DNA of 64,000 nucleotides from Haliotis cracherodii (lineage: Eukaryota), in assembly GCF_022045235.1 (NCBI RefSeq), contig NW_027266266.1:5081848-5145847 (forward strand), read 5' to 3'. The notes under the pieces are model-generated. The model made no database searches. It saw only the letters and a program-made list of their open reading frames with translations, and was not told the origin of the DNA. This document shows positions 60,406 to 64,000 of the stretch, piece after piece. Positions within the stretch are counted from its first letter, which is position 1, and the number at the start of each line of letters is the position of its first letter. The position numbers were made by a program, and so were the translations under genes.

Positions 60406-63399
60406 TTGTTTAAATGCGTCACTGATTTAGTCCTTGTCACGAATGTCATTGGAAATGTGACAGACAAGAGCGAATAAAACAACAAGAATATCATTTGAAA
60501 TAATTCCCATGTCTTATTTTTAACGACAACTGGTCTATATTTTAACCTACAGGAATTAGCACGGCTCATCGTATGTTCAGCGTATGTTGGGGGAAAAAAC
60601 ATATGCTAAACATAACGGAACCCTGAATCTTGCTGACAAATGATGTGTTCCAGATGTTTGCACACGTGACCGGGAGGTTGATTACATGTACATAAATTAA
60701 CGTATTTCATAAGATTCACATGGAAACATCAGTTACATAAAGTAATACATGATTCATCTCATGCAACTTATGAAACGTATATATTTTGAAACTTTGGGCA
60801 GCTTGATAACATTAATATAAATTTAGGTAATTGATGACATGATACACCATATGTATTACAATTCAAACAGTTCAGTAATTAAGAACAACTTTATACGATC
60901 TAGCGGCCCAGACGTTTACAAAAAAACACAATTCGATGTTCGGAGTTGCGTCCCTTTGGCATGCAAAAGACCTATCATCATGAGTTCGATTCCCGGTCGC
61001 CCTTGATTATGTTACCAGGTTGTCAGCACCGTATCGTGTGTCCGTCAGTCAAGTCCTAAATCACCGATATTAGCAAAGCAAATGAATCCTGTCCAAATAG
61101 GTGTTAATTCATATTCACAAATTTACACGGAGACGTACTGATTCCATGGTCCTATATTTACTGGATCAGGCCCTGTTACATTATTAATGAATGTACATTA
61201 TCAATTGACATATGATAATGTGGACCAAATGACTGTGCGGGTTAACTAGCCTGTAGTCTGACATTTATCACATCAAACCAGGGAAGCTTTCAGTCGTTTT
61301 CATGCGAATTGGGATAAACACTCAAATTGTCTTGCTTAAGTTAAACATTAAAATGAAGAAAAAACCGTCAGAGCTTCATGTAAGTGTTTAATTATAAGGA
61401 AGCCTAATGGTGCCCCTTTCTTGGCATAATTTTATTTTTCCTAAATCTAAATATCTTGTTACATCAATCATTTTCCCGAAATTTCGAGTTCTTTCTCGTG
61501 ACTTCGAGTTTTTCTCGTGACTTCGATTATTTTCTCGTAATTTCAATTTTCGTCTCTCGTTTAATACAACACTACGAACAAGTAATTGACATGTGAATAG
61601 AATAAACACATATGGCTTTACACTTGCAAACTTAAGAAATCTTAATTGAGACTGTACTCTAATGTTCTAAATATTGTCAGTCATGAAAAAATTACATTAA
61701 AAATGTCACGAATACAATATATACTAAAAACTCGATATGATCTACTTGCCTCAGAATAGCGAGCGTGACACTGACCAAGGCGGAATTCGAAGTGAGGAGT
61801 GTCACGTGGTCTCAACGCCGAATATAGGACTATAGGACACCCCTTCTCTCCGCCACTCCCACGTGCAGTCGCTGTTTTCTTATCTTCGGGCCCATGTTAC
61901 TAATTAAGTTAGTAGAATTTGCTGAACTATTTTTTAGAGCATGAAATCACAAACATTGTATTTGTATCCATTTTTCACCCTTCCAAACAACACAGAAAGA
62001 TAGATCTAGAAAATCCAAAATGTCTTCGCTCGTATTCCGTCTAAAGTTAAAAAAGTCCTCAGAATGATTTTTCCTGACGGTGCAATGTTTTCCCTACCAC
62101 TAGCACGATCCGCCGAATCCGACATTTTGGCAAAGAAAGTACACTGCTTCAACTGATACACTGTAATAGTGACTCTTACTCAGAGAAATGCTAGAATAAT
62201 ATAACAATATTACATCACATAATCCGAAATTAAACGACGACCTTCGAATGGAATTGAAAAAGTAAAACATGTTTATAATATATGAATAAGTTCATATTCA
62301 TGAAATTTCATATTTTTTGCCAGGTTTTATTTGAAATGGGTTTGAGGTAAACAAAATGTGTTTTTATTTCAATTATTTTAACCTGATGTTTCCGAAATAC
62401 ATGAACGTCCATCTGATGCAGCAACTGCCTTTTTTAGAACATTAATGTCCATCAGCCATGGCAACTGCGTTTTGTGTACGTATATGTCCCTCTGGCACAG
62501 CAGCTGCGTTTAATGTAGGAACAAACATGTTGGATGTCACAGGTCAGCTGTAAGGACGTCCAAATCAGGTCACGTGATGTAGCTCTCATGCGAAAACGAA
62601 ATTATTAATTAAAGACCAAAGTCTTACACGAGTGCAGATTATTCGCCGTACTTCGTGGTACTTGACTCAGCCTTTAGACGTCAGATTATTCAAATGTAAT
62701 ATAATGCACGTCGTTAGAAACCTGTCCAAAATCCACAACAGTTTTAGATTCACGACAGTTTTTGTAATTAATTAGTTCTTACAGATTATCTTAAGGGGTT
62801 GGTTAATGTCTGATCAAACGGATATATTTAAAGTTCTGTGCTGCGTATTTTTGATTACATTACTTGGAGGACTATTTGTTAATCCGTCTCATGAAAAGAA
62901 CATAAGTAAGAATGTAAGTAGTGCTTAACCCACTGGATGCCATTTGGACATATACTGACCGCAAAAGAAACGTCACCCCAAGTAGCATTGCAAGTTGTCA
63001 TTTAGATATCTGGGTAATTTTTGTCAAAGTTTCTAAAATTAAACATTACTTTGTCCAAAGAAATGAAATTTGATGATAAAAAAAGTAGATGACAATAAAA
63101 CCGATCGCCCAAACGCATCACGGCAACGGCCATGGTAACCCGATGCACGTGAGTTCCGTGCAAATTGTAATGCACATGTGTTCCCCCATTTCTTGCCCTA
63201 TAAAAATCCACCCAGATCGGATAACATTTATTCGTTATTGAATTGCTACCACATGCCAAGATTGACAATATACCGACACCAAGCCCTTGGACAAACCGCC
63301 CGGCAAGCAGCCAATGCAGAAGGGGGCATATATGTCAGGTTAAAATAATGTTAGTAAAGACCATCCTGATCACCCCAAGCCTTTATCAAATGCTCAGGT

Positions 63400-63665
63400 A
63401 CTCGTCTCACGTCACAGCCTCACTCATCTTACACGTTTCGGTCATTCATCTCATATCATTCAGTCACTCGTCTCACGTCACTCGGCCATTCGTCTAACGC
63501 CACTCAGTCACTCGTCTCACATCACACGTCTCACATCACTCAGCCACTCGTCTCACGTCACTCAGTCACTCGTCTCACATCACACGTCTCACATCACTCA
63601 GTCACTCGTCTCACGTCACTCAGTCACTCGTCTCACATCACACGTCTTACCTTATTCAGTCATTT
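63400..63665. repeat. Tandem repeat with a unit of about 60 bp (cactcgtctcacgtcactcagtcactcgtctcacatcacacgtctcacatcactcag)
   Basis: Visible periodicity. Confidence 0.8.
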
Positions 63666-64000
63666 ATCTCCCATCACACAGTGCCAGTTCACAGGGTCTC
63701 TGATCTCACCTAACTAAGTCATTCATCTCTCCCTACATACCCTCATCTTACATCACACACCTATCATTCGGTCGGGTTAGAATCGATTGTTTGTTGTTTA
63801 ACACAGCATACGAGGGCATACATCAACCCAGTCACCGAAACTTACCACCCTGTCCCCGTTAGTCGCCTATTTACGACAAGCATCGGTTGCTGAAGACCTA
63901 TACTACTCAAAATTTGATAAGGATCGTAGATATTTTTCTTAATAAAAAAACAAAATAACTGCATAACTGGCAATATTGCGTTCAAGTGAAATCAAAAACG

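Overview
The window reads as eukaryotic nuclear DNA, most likely from an invertebrate metazoan; that assignment is inference. It is repeat-rich and intron-containing, and I found no prokaryotic operon structure, rRNA gene, bona fide tRNA gene or CRISPR array. Four multi-exon gene models can be built from splice-site consensus plus intron-phase consistency.

- **Genes A, B and C.** These are three paralogous 5-exon genes encoding small proteins of about 190-210 aa with an N-terminal signal peptide. A (plus) spans 40741-46692, B (minus) spans 60307-55950 and C (plus) spans 30666-35083. All three share exon sizes and intron phases (0,0,0,1), a conserved C-terminal hydrophobic tail and no recognisable domain. 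This candidate undescribed lineage-specific gene family is the most interesting finding.
- **TSR gene.** A 6-exon minus-strand gene (21566 to 12462) encodes a type I membrane protein. It has a signal peptide, four thrombospondin type-1-like cysteine-rich modules carried on phase 1-1 exons, a transmembrane exon and a cytoplasmic tail.
- **Mobile elements.** A near-intact L1-clade LINE lies on the minus strand at about 47040-52265, with ORF1, the APE endonuclease and the RT separated by a single frameshift. There are four Tc1/mariner remnants, at least four SINE families with tRNA-like heads that share a conserved internal module, and several MITE or foldback elements.
- **Tandem repeats.** Numerous tandem repeats, minisatellites and microsatellites are present, including a 46-bp minisatellite derived from a SINE head.

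Other structural points of interest:
- An inverted SINE pair tightly flanks one TSR exon.
- Genes A and B converge on a 13-kb repeat-rich island.
- Inverted 340-bp repeats bracket the 3' exons of gene B.
- Gene C has a promoter with CRE, CCAAT and TATA elements.
- One copy of a small repeat contains a perfect palindrome with 36-bp arms.
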